Translations under genes and position numbers: made by a program | In this document: piece after piece, positions 43,572 through 53,505 of the stretch | Position numbering within the stretch: position 1 is the first letter of the stretch | Layout of the letters: the number at the start of each line of letters is the position of its first letter | The notes under the pieces: model-generated | What the model was told of the DNA's origin: nothing | Database searches by the model: none | What the model saw: only the letters and a program-made list of their open reading frames with translations | From: a virus | Lineage: Duplodnaviria; Caudoviricetes | Direction: 5' to 3' (one strand) | Virus record (IMG/VR): IMGVR_UViG_3300031111_000014 | Location: 1-53,673 of that record | DNA length: 53,673 nt

Positions 43572-45677
43572 TTGGCTGACATAGAAAAGATTAAGGCAGC
43601 GCTACGGCCGTTCTTTCCCCTGGCCCCTGGCGCCGCGGTGAAGTCGAACCCTATCGGCCCACTCACAGTGGGGTTGCCTTTCGGGGGGTTGACGCAGCCG
43701 CACCCGTTCGATTTCCATTCCCACTTAAAGGTATATCTGGTTAACGTCCACGCCTTTGCCGCTCAAAGGGCAATCGCCCGCGACGTGGCCGCCGTTCCCC
43801 TGCTTGTTCAAGAACGCAAAACCGTTGATGGCAAATTGACGTGGGAGACCATCGAGGACGGCTCGACGACCAGGGAGCGGGATCTGTGGGACATCGTCAA
43901 TCACCCCAACAATACCGAGACGTCCGGCCAGCTCATCGAGCGCATGGTTCTATCCCTGCTCGGGACGGGCAACGGGTACTGGATATTTGACGACGATGAC
44001 AAAGAGTTCCACCACGTCAACCCGTGTTGGGTGCACGTCAAGTGCGACGCCAACGGAAACCTCGAAGAGTACAAGATAGAGAATAAGGGTAAGAAGTTCA
44101 ACGCCGACATCGATTCGCTTATCCACTGGAAACTGGCGAATGCGGACGGCGAGTTCTACGGTGTCCCCCCTTCGACGGTCATTAAAAAGACGATAATGAC
44201 CAAGCTCGCCCTCAATCAATATCTCCAGAACTTCTTCTATAAGAACGCCCTGCCGGGGATGTCGTTTACTACCGATCAGGACATTACCCCGGAGCAAAGG
44301 GATGAGACCCGCAAGGAAATCAATAGACTTTACTCCGGCCCCGAGAATTCACACGGCGCCATAGTCCTCTCGAACGGTCAGAAGCTCGATCGTCTGTCTC
44401 ACAACATGAAGGACTTGATCCCCGGCGAGATAGAGACGCTGGTCAAGCGGGAAGTCCTGGCGGCCTATGGTGTGCCACCGGCCAAGTTGGGCGACCTTGA
44501 TGGTGCTAGTTACGCCAACGCCAACATCCAGGAGAAATTCTACTACGAGGGGACCATCTGTCCGATAGGCCGCATGTTCGCCGACGTATTCAACATGCAG
44601 TTCGTCATCCCGCAGTACGGTAAGCAATTACGGGTGAAGTGGGCCGAGGATACCATTCAGGCGTTGCAGCCCGACGAGAACGAAAAGGGTAAGCGCTTGG
44701 TTGGGTACGTTAACGGGGGGATCATGACGCCCAACGAAGCTCGGGGAAAGATTGGATTGGGGGCTATCGATGGTGGCGATGAGCTTAGGCGGACATCATC
44801 GATCGAGAGCCTCCTCGGACAGAGCGGAGATGATAAGGGCGCGGAAACGCCATCGCCTCGCCGTATTATCCGGGTCGTCCAAGGCAAGTCTGAGGACGAC
44901 CCCCGCTCACAAATTAGAGAACTTCATAAGGTCAAGATCACGACACTTGAGCGCAAGTTCGTGGTCATCCTGAATGCTTTCTTTGATGGTCAACTCGACC
45001 GCGTACTGACGGCCCTCGACAAGATGGCGGTACACGGCAGGATCAACCCAGCCCTGCTGTATGCAGTCTCTACGAAGGACGATGCGGAAGATGATGCGGG
45101 TAAGTTGATTAACATTGAGGCCGAGAACGCCGCCTTGACGGCCTCAACCGGCACCTTTGTCCGCGAGGCAGTCCACAAGGCGGGAGAAGATGCGATAGCC
45201 GAGATAGGGGCGGATCTGGCGTTTAACGTCGACAACCCCGAGGTCGCTGCCATGATCGAGACCTTCCACAACCGAATGCACAACGTAAACGATTCGGTCT
45301 ACGGGGATATCAAGAAGATCCTACGGCGGGGCTACGATGAGGGGCAGGGGATATCTGAAATAGAGAAAGCTATCAGGGACAAGTACCAAGAGTTCCCCAA
45401 GTTCCGATCGACGCGGATCGCCACGACCGAAATGAACGGCATGGTTAACGGTGGCGCCGATGAGGCCTATCGGATGGGGGGTGTGACGAAAAAGATGTGG
45501 ATATCGGCCTTCCTGGACACTTCAAGGCCAGAGCATACGGCCGCCGACGGCCAGATAGTGCCGATCACCAGCCGATTCCAAGTCGGGGGCGAACTGCTCA
45601 AGTACCCGGGCGACCCCGGGGGGTCGGCCTACAACGTAGTCAACTGCTACTGCAAAGAGATTCCGGTAGTCGACTGA
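43572..45677 (+). CDS. HK97-type portal fused to Mu gpF/SPP1 gp7-like minor head domain
   Basis: LLGTGNGY, YGVPP, AYGVPPAKLG..ASYAN, GIMTPNEAR; C-terminal RIATTE, KMW, RPEH.AADGQ, PGDP....VVNCYC. Confidence 0.9.
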   Translation: MADIEKIKAALRPFFPLAPGAAVKSNPIGPLTVGLPFGGLTQPHPFDFHSHLKVYLVNVHAFAAQRAIARDVAAVPLLVQERKTVDGKLTWETIEDGSTTRERDLWDIVNHPNNTETSGQLIERMVLSLLGTGNGYWIFDDDDKEFHHVNPCWVHVKCDANGNLEEYKIENKGKKFNADIDSLIHWKLANADGEFYGVPPSTVIKKTIMTKLALNQYLQNFFYKNALPGMSFTTDQDITPEQRDETRKEINRLYSGPENSHGAIVLSNGQKLDRLSHNMKDLIPGEIETLVKREVLAAYGVPPAKLGDLDGASYANANIQEKFYYEGTICPIGRMFADVFNMQFVIPQYGKQLRVKWAEDTIQALQPDENEKGKRLVGYVNGGIMTPNEARGKIGLGAIDGGDELRRTSSIESLLGQSGDDKGAETPSPRRIIRVVQGKSEDDPRSQIRELHKVKITTLERKFVVILNAFFDGQLDRVLTALDKMAVHGRINPALLYAVSTKDDAEDDAGKLINIEAENAALTASTGTFVREAVHKAGEDAIAEIGADLAFNVDNPEVAAMIETFHNRMHNVNDSVYGDIKKILRRGYDEGQGISEIEKAIRDKYQEFPKFRSTRIATTEMNGMVNGGADEAYRMGGVTKKMWISAFLDTSRPEHTAADGQIVPITSRFQVGGELLKYPGDPGGSAYNVVNCYCKEIPVVD

Positions 45678-45740
45678 TACTGAGATCAACAACTGAGTCA
45701 ATAAACACACAACCTTTGATGGCGAGGTAGGTTATGGAAT

Positions 45741-47942
45741 TTGGATAGACGAGATAAACCGAAGGACCTGAAATGGCGTCCCGGTTTGGAGTTTAAGTCC
45801 TCCGAGCCGAAATCAAAGAATGCCATTATGGTCATCTCGGGGTACGCATCGACCAACGACGTGGATGCCTATAACGAGATTGTCGAACCTACCGCCTTCG
45901 CTGAGACGATGGCGGATTTTATGAAATTCCCGATGCTTCTATTCGGGCACGATTGGTATTCGAAACCAATCGGCAAAATCACCAAATGGGAACTTGACGA
46001 GCGCGGCCTGTGGATCGAGGCGGAGATCGCCGACACCGCAGAAGGCAACGACGTCAAGAAGCTGATCGAGTTTGGCATACTGAAGGCCTTCTCAATCGGT
46101 TTCTCTACCCTCGAACGTTCTGAACCGGACGACGACGGTGGGGCCGCGGTGATCCGCAAGCTCAGACTGTATGAGATTTCGGTCGTGAACATCCCGGCCA
46201 ACGAGACCGCCTTGCTCGATAGCATCGAGCACTCCGGCCTCGCCCTGAAGTCTCTCAGCCTTGACGAGCTTACCAATCCTGTAGAACACAAGCCCTCGGA
46301 TGGCGGGGATAATCATTCAACAAGAAGGGAGTCCAATCATATGGGCGCTATCGACCAAGACGCTCTTGAGAAGATCAAGAACGCAGAGAAGATGGTCGGC
46401 GAGCATAAGACTGCCCTGGAGACCGTGTCCGGGGAACTTGCCAAACAAAAGGAACTTGCCGAGGAAAACGCTCGCCTCGTCAAGACCCTCCAGTCAAAGC
46501 TGGACGAGTATAAAACCAACATCTGGACACCGGCAGAGCAGAAGACCTTCGCCGAGAAGATCGGCGTTGATCTGGCCGAAGTCCAGAAGTCCCTGCAGAA
46601 AGTGCAGGCCGGTCGGAACATCCAGAAGGCGCAAATGCCCTTTACCGAGTTCCTGGTGAAGCAGCACGGCCGGATGGTGCCGAAGCATGACGACGGCCGT
46701 TCGTTTGAGCCGCTCGAAGCCAAGGCCTACCTGCTCCTGCAGGCGCCGGTGAAGTACGACGATTCCGAGCAGGCCCGCAACCTGAAGCTGTTGCGTGACC
46801 TGGCCGACACCGTCGTCATTGTGAACGCCTACATGAGGGGCCTGCAGCGCCAGGGTACGCTCACGTCGCCCTACCGCGGGCCGCAGTCTCTGAAGTCATA
46901 CAAGATGTTCCGCGACATGCTGGACATCGTTGACCCCGAGTTCGCCAAGGCGATGTATTCCACGGCCACCGGGTACGGCGACGAGTGGGTGCCTACTCTC
47001 ATGGGCGCCAACCTGTACGACTACTACAGGCTGAACACCGTCGTGGAAAACTACATCGAGCACTTCAATATGCCGTCGAACCCGTACGACTGGCCGATCA
47101 AGAGTGGCGTCCTGTCGTCCTACCTGGCCAGCGAGGCCGCCGTGGATAACCCGGACGAACTGACCAAAACCCGGCTGGCCACCAGCAAGGTCACGTTCAC
47201 GACCGGCACCCATGCGGTTGCTGTCCCCGTGTCCCCTGAGCTGATTGAGGATTCGGTCATCAACATTGCCCAGGAGATCGGCATCGAGATGATGAAGGCT
47301 ATGGCGACAGGCTTCGAGTCGGCCATCCTGAACGGTGACGACACGTCGACCCACCGTGACACTGGCGCCAGCTATACCAACAACGTCAGCGTGGAGACCC
47401 ACGAGGATGGTTTGCGGTATCTAGCCGTCGATCGTTCGGCCACCTTCAACATTCAGTCCACCACGGCGACCTATGGTGACGCCTCCTCGACGTTCACTGC
47501 CAAGGACGTACGGTATCTGCGACTAAAGAAAATGGGGGCTTACGGTGTCAACCCGCGTGAACTCGTTTACGTCACATCGCAGGACCCCTATATGCAGATG
47601 CTGTCCTGGGACGAGAACACTATGGGCGGGCGCTACATGGCTAATTCGACCTATCGTGAGGGCGAAATGACCATGTTTGACGGGTCGCCGGTCCTCGTGA
47701 GTGCTCAGTTCGCCGAGACCCTGAACTCCTCCGGTGTCAACAATGGCTCCAGTTCGACGAAGGGTTTAGTTTGCTTCAATAAGACCGCGTTTAAGATCGG
47801 CGAACGGCGCGGCTACACCGTTGGATACGAGTTCAATCAGCGCACACAGCAGATGACCTTCGTGGCCACCGCCCGGAAGTCCTTCAAGTGCATGGCCCCG
47901 TCGACCCAGGACCCCGTAGCCTACGGCATCAACATCGCGTAA
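45741..47942 (+). CDS. HK97-type prohead protease fused in-frame to major capsid protein
   Basis: ISGYAST, LLFGHD..KPIG, AFSIGF, LYEISVVNIPAN; coiled-coil scaffold segment; GDEWVP, SPELIEDS, ILNGD capsid motifs; internal RBS+ATG at 46341. Confidence 0.9.
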   Translation: MDRRDKPKDLKWRPGLEFKSSEPKSKNAIMVISGYASTNDVDAYNEIVEPTAFAETMADFMKFPMLLFGHDWYSKPIGKITKWELDERGLWIEAEIADTAEGNDVKKLIEFGILKAFSIGFSTLERSEPDDDGGAAVIRKLRLYEISVVNIPANETALLDSIEHSGLALKSLSLDELTNPVEHKPSDGGDNHSTRRESNHMGAIDQDALEKIKNAEKMVGEHKTALETVSGELAKQKELAEENARLVKTLQSKLDEYKTNIWTPAEQKTFAEKIGVDLAEVQKSLQKVQAGRNIQKAQMPFTEFLVKQHGRMVPKHDDGRSFEPLEAKAYLLLQAPVKYDDSEQARNLKLLRDLADTVVIVNAYMRGLQRQGTLTSPYRGPQSLKSYKMFRDMLDIVDPEFAKAMYSTATGYGDEWVPTLMGANLYDYYRLNTVVENYIEHFNMPSNPYDWPIKSGVLSSYLASEAAVDNPDELTKTRLATSKVTFTTGTHAVAVPVSPELIEDSVINIAQEIGIEMMKAMATGFESAILNGDDTSTHRDTGASYTNNVSVETHEDGLRYLAVDRSATFNIQSTTATYGDASSTFTAKDVRYLRLKKMGAYGVNPRELVYVTSQDPYMQMLSWDENTMGGRYMANSTYREGEMTMFDGSPVLVSAQFAETLNSSGVNNGSSSTKGLVCFNKTAFKIGERRGYTVGYEFNQRTQQMTFVATARKSFKCMAPSTQDPVAYGINIA

Positions 47943-47960
47943 GAAAGGAGACTATTATAT

Positions 47961-48221
47961 ATGGCTGGAATGACCAAAGCCAAAGACGCCCTGTGCCTGA
48001 AGACGGCTAAGGCAACTGGGACTACCACCTCCGGGAACATCACCATTTCTGGTATTGCCACGGAGGATCAACTGGTGCAGGTGCTGTGGATCTCCGATGG
48101 GACCGCGGCCTCTGACGACAAGACCGACGTTACGTCGATCAGCGCCGCAGACACTATCGTCTGCACGGAGACCACGACTGCGGGGGCCGTTATCGTCATG
48201 TACGCCGACGCCTCGCAGTAA
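47961..48221 (+). CDS. Putative head decoration protein
   Basis: AAAGGAG RBS, small Thr/Ala-rich protein after capsid. Confidence 0.5.
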   Translation: MAGMTKAKDALCLKTAKATGTTTSGNITISGIATEDQLVQVLWISDGTAASDDKTDVTSISAADTIVCTETTTAGAVIVMYADASQ

Positions 48222-48246
48222 CCGCTTCGATATCTCCATTAACCCA

Positions 48247-48275
48247 AGGCGGGGGTTTCGTGCCCCCGCCTATTT
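48247..48275 (+). terminator. Hairpin/weak terminator after capsid-decoration genes
   Basis: AGGCGGGGG-TTTCGTG-CCCCCGCCT then ATTT. Confidence 0.55.
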
Positions 48276-48297
48276 GAAAGCAAAGGATGGCACACGG

Positions 48298-49326
48298 ATG
48301 GCCGCAAATAATTACAAGTTTCTACACATTGACGTTGACAGACAGGATCATGTACTCAGGGAGATGAAGCAAACCCCGGACGGACCGATGCTCGGACCGG
48401 ACAAACCCCTGATCTGCGGTGGATACTACAACTGGCACAGGGTTTTCGATGGGGACTTCAAGCTGTATGACGAAGTCAAGGGAAAGATAGCGGACTATGA
48501 TATCGTATTTGCCGGGCTGACCACCTGGGACCTCAAGGCTGGACTGGCCACGAAAATCCGCCAGGAGATCGAGGGTACAAAGACCTCCCTTATCGTTCAC
48601 ACGGATTATGCCGTGGAATCGTGGGCTGGTGCCTATACCCCGCAACTATTGCGGTCGGAACTGCTTCAGGCTGACTACATCTTTGCGGCTGACGAGTCGT
48701 CTGTCTCATACCTCAGAGCACTTGTGGACGATCAGGTGCCGATCAACTTCCTGCAACACCCTACGGATGTCGAAAAGTACAAGAAGTTCACCATCGCACC
48801 GGCGGCCCGAGACAACGACATCGTGGCGCTGCTGCACATGTATGACCGCAACTGGTTGCCCGTCCACCTGATCGGGGAGCACCTGCCGTGGCCTATTTAT
48901 CTGGTAGCCCCCAACAATGTACTCAGGGATCTCGCATCACAGATACGGCCGTATTTCCCGAGGCTGATGCCGGGCGGGGATGACTTCAACCGATACATCT
49001 CTTTCGTGGCTAGGCGCAAGGTGGCCCTCGATACGTACCACCACGTCCATTCATACGGTCGGTTCGCAGTCGACAACGCCTGTATTAAACTGCCGACCGT
49101 GGGGACGGACATCGTCTGGTCTCAGAAGTTCTTGTGGCCCGACCTGACAACGCAGACCGGGGACGTCTTCGCACAACGAGAACTGATCAAACGGCTGTTC
49201 GCCGATCAAGAATTCTACGATCACTGTACGGCTTACGCACTCGACAAGGTGCAGACGCTGTCGTACGAAAACCGCAAAACCGCACTACTGGAGCTTATCA
49301 ATGCCGAAAATAAAGTTCACGCATAG
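48298..49326 (+). CDS. Glycosyltransferase-like protein (GT-B fold)
   Basis: DYDIVF, ADYIFA, HPTDV, HSYGRFAVDNACIKLPTVGTD (degenerate GT4 motif); ATG 48298. Confidence 0.65.
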   Translation: MAANNYKFLHIDVDRQDHVLREMKQTPDGPMLGPDKPLICGGYYNWHRVFDGDFKLYDEVKGKIADYDIVFAGLTTWDLKAGLATKIRQEIEGTKTSLIVHTDYAVESWAGAYTPQLLRSELLQADYIFAADESSVSYLRALVDDQVPINFLQHPTDVEKYKKFTIAPAARDNDIVALLHMYDRNWLPVHLIGEHLPWPIYLVAPNNVLRDLASQIRPYFPRLMPGGDDFNRYISFVARRKVALDTYHHVHSYGRFAVDNACIKLPTVGTDIVWSQKFLWPDLTTQTGDVFAQRELIKRLFADQEFYDHCTAYALDKVQTLSYENRKTALLELINAENKVHA

Positions 49327-49543
49327 TCAGGACACCCCGGACAACAAGACCATTAAGGGCTGGAAAAGCGGCGAAGTCCGCGAGGTCAGCGACAATACTG
49401 CCGCCAATCTGACGAGCTGGTGGCCTACCAGCTTCTCGATTGTCGAGGACAAGAGAGAAGAAAAGGCCGTCAAGGCACCGGTTGAAGACAAGTCCGTCAA
49501 ACAGCCCGAAGCAAACAAGGGTTTTCTCGGGAGAAAGAAGTAA
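49301..49543 (+). CDS. Small phage head-region protein
   Basis: GEVREVSD..A motif and Lys/Pro-rich tail. Confidence 0.55.
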   Translation: MPKIKFTHSQDTPDNKTIKGWKSGEVREVSDNTAANLTSWWPTSFSIVEDKREEKAVKAPVEDKSVKQPEANKGFLGRKK

Positions 49544-49546
49544 GGC

Positions 49547-50149
49547 ATGGCCTCACTGGCTAACAACGCCCTGATCACCGTCAAGGAATATCTCGAATTC
49601 CTGGGACACGACACCGACGACGAATCGGCCTCAACAAGCGATACGAGGCATATTCACATCATCAACGGGGTGTCCAACTTCCTCGAGAAGTACCTCGGGC
49701 GGAAGATATGCCCAGCAACGGCTGATAACGAGGAAGTCAAGCACGGCGATGGTGAGAAGTATCTATATGTAAACTACCGACCGCTTACGACCTTGTCGGC
49801 TATCTACAACTGGAGCGGCACCGAGTGGACGGAATGGACTACTGCGGACTATTCGTACACGTCCGACGCCACAACCGGGCGTGTGTGGTTCACCGATGGG
49901 ACGGTCTTTACCTCCGGTTCGGACAACTTCAAAATCAAATACACCTATGGATGGAACAGGGCCGACGTCCCCGATGAACTCAAGCTGGCCTGCTGCCTGC
50001 TCGTAAAGCAGCAACTAGACAGGCTCGATGCGGCTGGAGACGTGGCATCTCAGAATTTCGGGGATGTTACGGTATCCTACCGTCCGCACATGATGAGCGA
50101 CCTGATAAAGCAACTCCTGCTGCCCTATAAGCGAGTGGCCTTTGTCTAA
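49547..50149 (+). CDS. Head-tail connector (gp6-like)
   Basis: LITVKEY..FL, YTYGW...VPDELKLAC, LLLPYKR. Confidence 0.75.
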   Translation: MASLANNALITVKEYLEFLGHDTDDESASTSDTRHIHIINGVSNFLEKYLGRKICPATADNEEVKHGDGEKYLYVNYRPLTTLSAIYNWSGTEWTEWTTADYSYTSDATTGRVWFTDGTVFTSGSDNFKIKYTYGWNRADVPDELKLACCLLVKQQLDRLDAAGDVASQNFGDVTVSYRPHMMSDLIKQLLLPYKRVAFV

Positions 50150-50546
50150 GATCACGCTGACGTTTAACGGCGCCCAGGCGGTGTCCCGAAAGCTCGGCAA
50201 CATAGACCGCGCCCTGCCTGACGATATCGCCCGTGGCTTGAACAGTATGGGGGCAACGTTACTCAAGTCGATGACCCGCAAGGTGAGTGGCCCGGGTTTC
50301 ACGAGAAACCCTCAGCGGTCAAGCCCATACCCTGGCGTCTACAAGGGAAACCTGTTTCGGTCTCTCTTTTCAAAGGTAAACAAACCGCGCCTCCAACTGA
50401 GGGTGGGACCGAATGTGGAGTATGCCTATCACTTGGAGTTCAAAAAGGGTAAGGGGCGGTATCCGTTCGTTGGCCCGACGCTGGACGACACCGGCGATAA
50501 GGCGATGGACGACTTCATGGACCAGATCAGAAAGGCTCTGAGATAA
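50142..50546 (+). CDS. HK97 gp10-like neck protein
   Basis: GNLFRS, VGPNVEYAYHLEF, YPFVGP. Confidence 0.75.
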   Translation: MSKITLTFNGAQAVSRKLGNIDRALPDDIARGLNSMGATLLKSMTRKVSGPGFTRNPQRSSPYPGVYKGNLFRSLFSKVNKPRLQLRVGPNVEYAYHLEFKKGKGRYPFVGPTLDDTGDKAMDDFMDQIRKALR

Positions 50547-50547
50547 C

Positions 50548-51000
50548 ATGTCAGTCCGCAACGACATCCTGAAGGAACTTATATCGGGGTTCAACGTCAT
50601 TCGCACGTCATCCAGTTACGCCGTCACCCTCAATGACGACGTGGTAGGCTACGACGAGAACGTCCTGACGAAGGGCAAATATAAGACCCCCTGCATTATG
50701 ATCCGGGATACCGGAAACGAGCAGCGCCTGATTGACGACGGCACGAACACCCGGTTCGCCTTTGATGTCGACATTATCGGCTTTGTGCGAACCCAGTCGT
50801 GGGCAAAGGTGCAGGAGAATACCAACGCCATAGTGGCCGCGGTGAAACAGTACATCAACAGTGGCCCAGACCTCGGCGATTACGTGTTGGCACTACAATA
50901 CGTTGAGGGGTTGGGCGTCGACTACGACCAGCAAGGCGGCTTGGGCTCGGTAGGTATCCGAGCGCGGGTGATCTACTGGTGCACGAACGGAACTTATTAA
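50548..51000 (+). CDS. Tail terminator-like protein
   Basis: MSVRNDIL start, PCIMI, size and position. Confidence 0.55.
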   Translation: MSVRNDILKELISGFNVIRTSSSYAVTLNDDVVGYDENVLTKGKYKTPCIMIRDTGNEQRLIDDGTNTRFAFDVDIIGFVRTQSWAKVQENTNAIVAAVKQYINSGPDLGDYVLALQYVEGLGVDYDQQGGLGSVGIRARVIYWCTNGTY

Positions 51001-51468
51001 ATGGCTGAAATCTACGGTACGACATGGCTGGAAACTGCGCGGGACAAGATCAAGGCCCTGCTCGACATGCTTAAGACCGCGATGGCGTCCGGTTATAGCC
51101 CAACGTTCTCCTACGTCTACGAAAGGCATAACACCGCCAAACTACAACTGAACGCCGTCAGCGTGGGTTTACAGGATGCGGTCGAAGGTGAAAAGGCAGC
51201 GTCCAATAACGTGCTCGAAAAGTTTATAGTGCCGTTCACGTTGCGCGTCCACACCGCATACTCCGGCGGCGTTCAGGACGATCAGAAAAACGCCCGGCTA
51301 CTCAATTCAATCGTCAACAAGCTACTGGCCAACTATAACCTCGGCGACGGGTATCGCATTGAGGACGTAACAGATATTTCGGCATCTGAAGAATTCGCCG
51401 ACTCCCATACTCTCGGCGGTCAAATGACCGTCTATGTCCGCAAAGAAGTTAACTATACTCAGGAGTGA
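51001..51468 (+). CDS. Second tail completion/terminator-like protein
   Basis: Size, position and alpha/beta pattern. Confidence 0.45.
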   Translation: MAEIYGTTWLETARDKIKALLDMLKTAMASGYSPTFSYVYERHNTAKLQLNAVSVGLQDAVEGEKAASNNVLEKFIVPFTLRVHTAYSGGVQDDQKNARLLNSIVNKLLANYNLGDGYRIEDVTDISASEEFADSHTLGGQMTVYVRKEVNYTQE

Positions 51469-51477
51469 TAAAGGCAT

Positions 51478-51729
51478 ATGGCTATAATAAAGGGGACTGG
51501 CAACATCCACTGTTACCGGTCTAACATATTGGCGGCTATTCTCAAGATCGACATCGGGCAAGCCAGAAAACTGAAGGCTGGTGGCGAGGTGTCGGTCGAT
51601 GACGATGCCGCCCGCAGACTGGCCAACGATGACCTAGCTATCATCGTACCGGACAAACCCAGGAAAGTAACGGGCAGGGATGGCAAGCCCGAGAAGTCTA
51701 TAAACGAAAGCGAGGATTCGCATGAGTAA
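51478..51729 (+). CDS. Hypothetical protein
   Basis: 83 aa ORF before tail tube. Confidence 0.5.
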   Translation: MAIIKGTGNIHCYRSNILAAILKIDIGQARKLKAGGEVSVDDDAARRLANDDLAIIVPDKPRKVTGRDGKPEKSINESEDSHE

Positions 51730-52735
51730 CACCGCCGTCCCGCAGTCACCCAAGCAGAAACGATATGGCTTCGCCGTCCAGGGCGGATTCACCACGGCCG
51801 CTGCCGACGCCTCTGCCTGTTATGAAGTGGCTTGCGAAGACACTGAAATCATCTCGGACGTTCTCCAAGTCGAGATCGCGGGGTCGCACGGCAGCCGCAT
51901 CCCCAAAGAGGGGAACTTCGAATACCACTCGAGGGGCAGTATGCCCACTCTGAATATATCCGGCCCGGCCAAGCAGGACGAACTCGATCACTTCCTTTAT
52001 GCCGCCGTCCAGGGGGTCTCTGAAGGCGGGACAACCCCGTATGCCAAGACTTTCACCTGGCCGTCCACCCAGCCCGACTTCCAGTCAAACGCCGGGTACT
52101 GGCTGACCTGGTTCGAACGTGATCCTGCCGCATCCAAGACAACGAAAATCCACTCGGCAATCTCGCAATCGATGACTCTGTCTATCGAGCGGGGTAAGCC
52201 GCTGTGGGTCAATCAGGACTGGATAGCTAAGGCTCTGCCGAGCTATGTAGCTAACCCGAGCGGCACCTGGACAATCTCGGACTATGACGTCTGGGAGTTC
52301 GAGGATATCGACCGATGCACCCTGAACTTTGGCTCCGGCGCCGTGTCCTTCCACGTCGAGTCGTTCCAGTTTACTTTGTCGTATGACGTCACGCCGATTG
52401 GTCCCGATGGGTCAGGTGGCTATACCGTCTACGGCTTGAAATACAATCCCCCGGAATGGAAGCTGACCGTCGTCAAAGATGCTGACTTTCACACCGCCTT
52501 AACGAACTGGTCGACCAACGTCCCGGTTGACGGCCGTATCGGTTGGGGTAATGCTACCGCCGGTTCGGTCGATGCTGACCTCGACATTGTCTGGCACGGC
52601 AAGATCAACGACACCGTCAAAGCCCACGACGACATTATGAAGGGCGAGTTCTCTGGTTACTGCCTGGAAGCCCCGGGCGGGACCACGGCGCCGTTCACGA
52701 TCGTGATGGCTAACGATACCGACAGAACCTGGTAA
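51722..52735 (+). CDS. Major tail tube protein
   Basis: 337 aa beta-rich protein between terminator-like genes and chaperone. Confidence 0.75.
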   Translation: MSNTAVPQSPKQKRYGFAVQGGFTTAAADASACYEVACEDTEIISDVLQVEIAGSHGSRIPKEGNFEYHSRGSMPTLNISGPAKQDELDHFLYAAVQGVSEGGTTPYAKTFTWPSTQPDFQSNAGYWLTWFERDPAASKTTKIHSAISQSMTLSIERGKPLWVNQDWIAKALPSYVANPSGTWTISDYDVWEFEDIDRCTLNFGSGAVSFHVESFQFTLSYDVTPIGPDGSGGYTVYGLKYNPPEWKLTVVKDADFHTALTNWSTNVPVDGRIGWGNATAGSVDADLDIVWHGKINDTVKAHDDIMKGEFSGYCLEAPGGTTAPFTIVMANDTDRTW

Positions 52736-52759
52736 CCCCCAAACAAAGGATGGCCGTAG

Positions 52760-53185
52760 ATGGCTCTCAGACTTATCGAACCGGGGGCGGTAACGCCCCT
52801 GGTTATTGATGGTACTACTTTCACCATCAGACAGTTGACGAATGGGCAGAAGGTCGCCCTCAGTAAGAAGATGCAGGGACTACAGGATAGCGAGCAGGGC
52901 TATGACGACCTGCTTAGACTGATCGCCCCGCATATCGCGTCCATAGACCTGGGCGGCCCCGACCGCGTAGTCGGTGACGATGCGATAGCGGATATCCTTA
53001 TCCGCATGGCGTCGGCAAAGGGACAGGGCGAAGTGATTGCCGCCGTCATGGGCGAGTCGTCACTCACCGAGGACGAAGAAAAAAACTCCGAGTCCTCGTC
53101 GGATACGCCGAAAGCCGGTCCGGCGAGGGAGTCGGAGACTGCCGCCAGTGCAAGCGGGGAAAGTGCTTCAACCTCGGGCCAGTAA
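52760..53185 (+). CDS. Tail assembly chaperone (gpG-like)
   Basis: TFTIRQLT motif, EEKN before slippery site, position before TMP. Confidence 0.75.
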   Translation: MALRLIEPGAVTPLVIDGTTFTIRQLTNGQKVALSKKMQGLQDSEQGYDDLLRLIAPHIASIDLGGPDRVVGDDAIADILIRMASAKGQGEVIAAVMGESSLTEDEEKNSESSSDTPKAGPARESETAASASGESASTSGQ

Positions 53186-53505
53186 CCTGCAAATGGCCCG
53201 AGCGTCCGCGCCTTACCCTCGAACGAGACCAATGGGCGACCATCATCGATACCGAACGCGAGATCCTGAATGTCCCCGACTATCCCGAATTCCTCTGCTT
53301 CGAACGGCATGGGATATGTCCGATAGGCGTAATCACCCCGCTATCGATGGAACTGTGGAGGCTGTACTGCGCTTGCGACGGCACCAGGCGGGTGACGAAA
53401 CCGAGCGAGTATTACGATCTCCCGGCGTTGTATGTCGAGGCTGCATCTGTCATAGACTCCGAGATGGCGAGAATCAAAGGAAAGACCACTAATGGCAACT
53501 CGTAA
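53080..53505 (+). CDS. -1 frameshift extension of chaperone (gpGT-like)
   Basis: In-frame A AAA AAC at 53080-53086; -1 frame open to TAA at 53503-53505. Confidence 0.75.
   Translation, partial: KKLRVLVGYAESRSGEGVGDCRQCKRGKCFNLGPVTCKWPERPRLTLERDQWATIIDTEREILNVPDYPEFLCFERHGICPIGVITPLSMELWRLYCACDGTRRVTKPSEYYDLPALYVEAASVIDSEMARIKGKTTNGNS

Noticed and set aside
53157-53163. Lambda-type GGGAAAG slippery site
   Set aside because: Read as GGG GAA AGT in the chaperone frame, so not in X XXY YYZ register; A AAA AAC at 53080 fits
53037-53492. 151-aa ORF from the track as the gpT equivalent
   Set aside because: It is the +1 frame with Arg/Pro-rich shadow composition; the -1 frame is more protein-like
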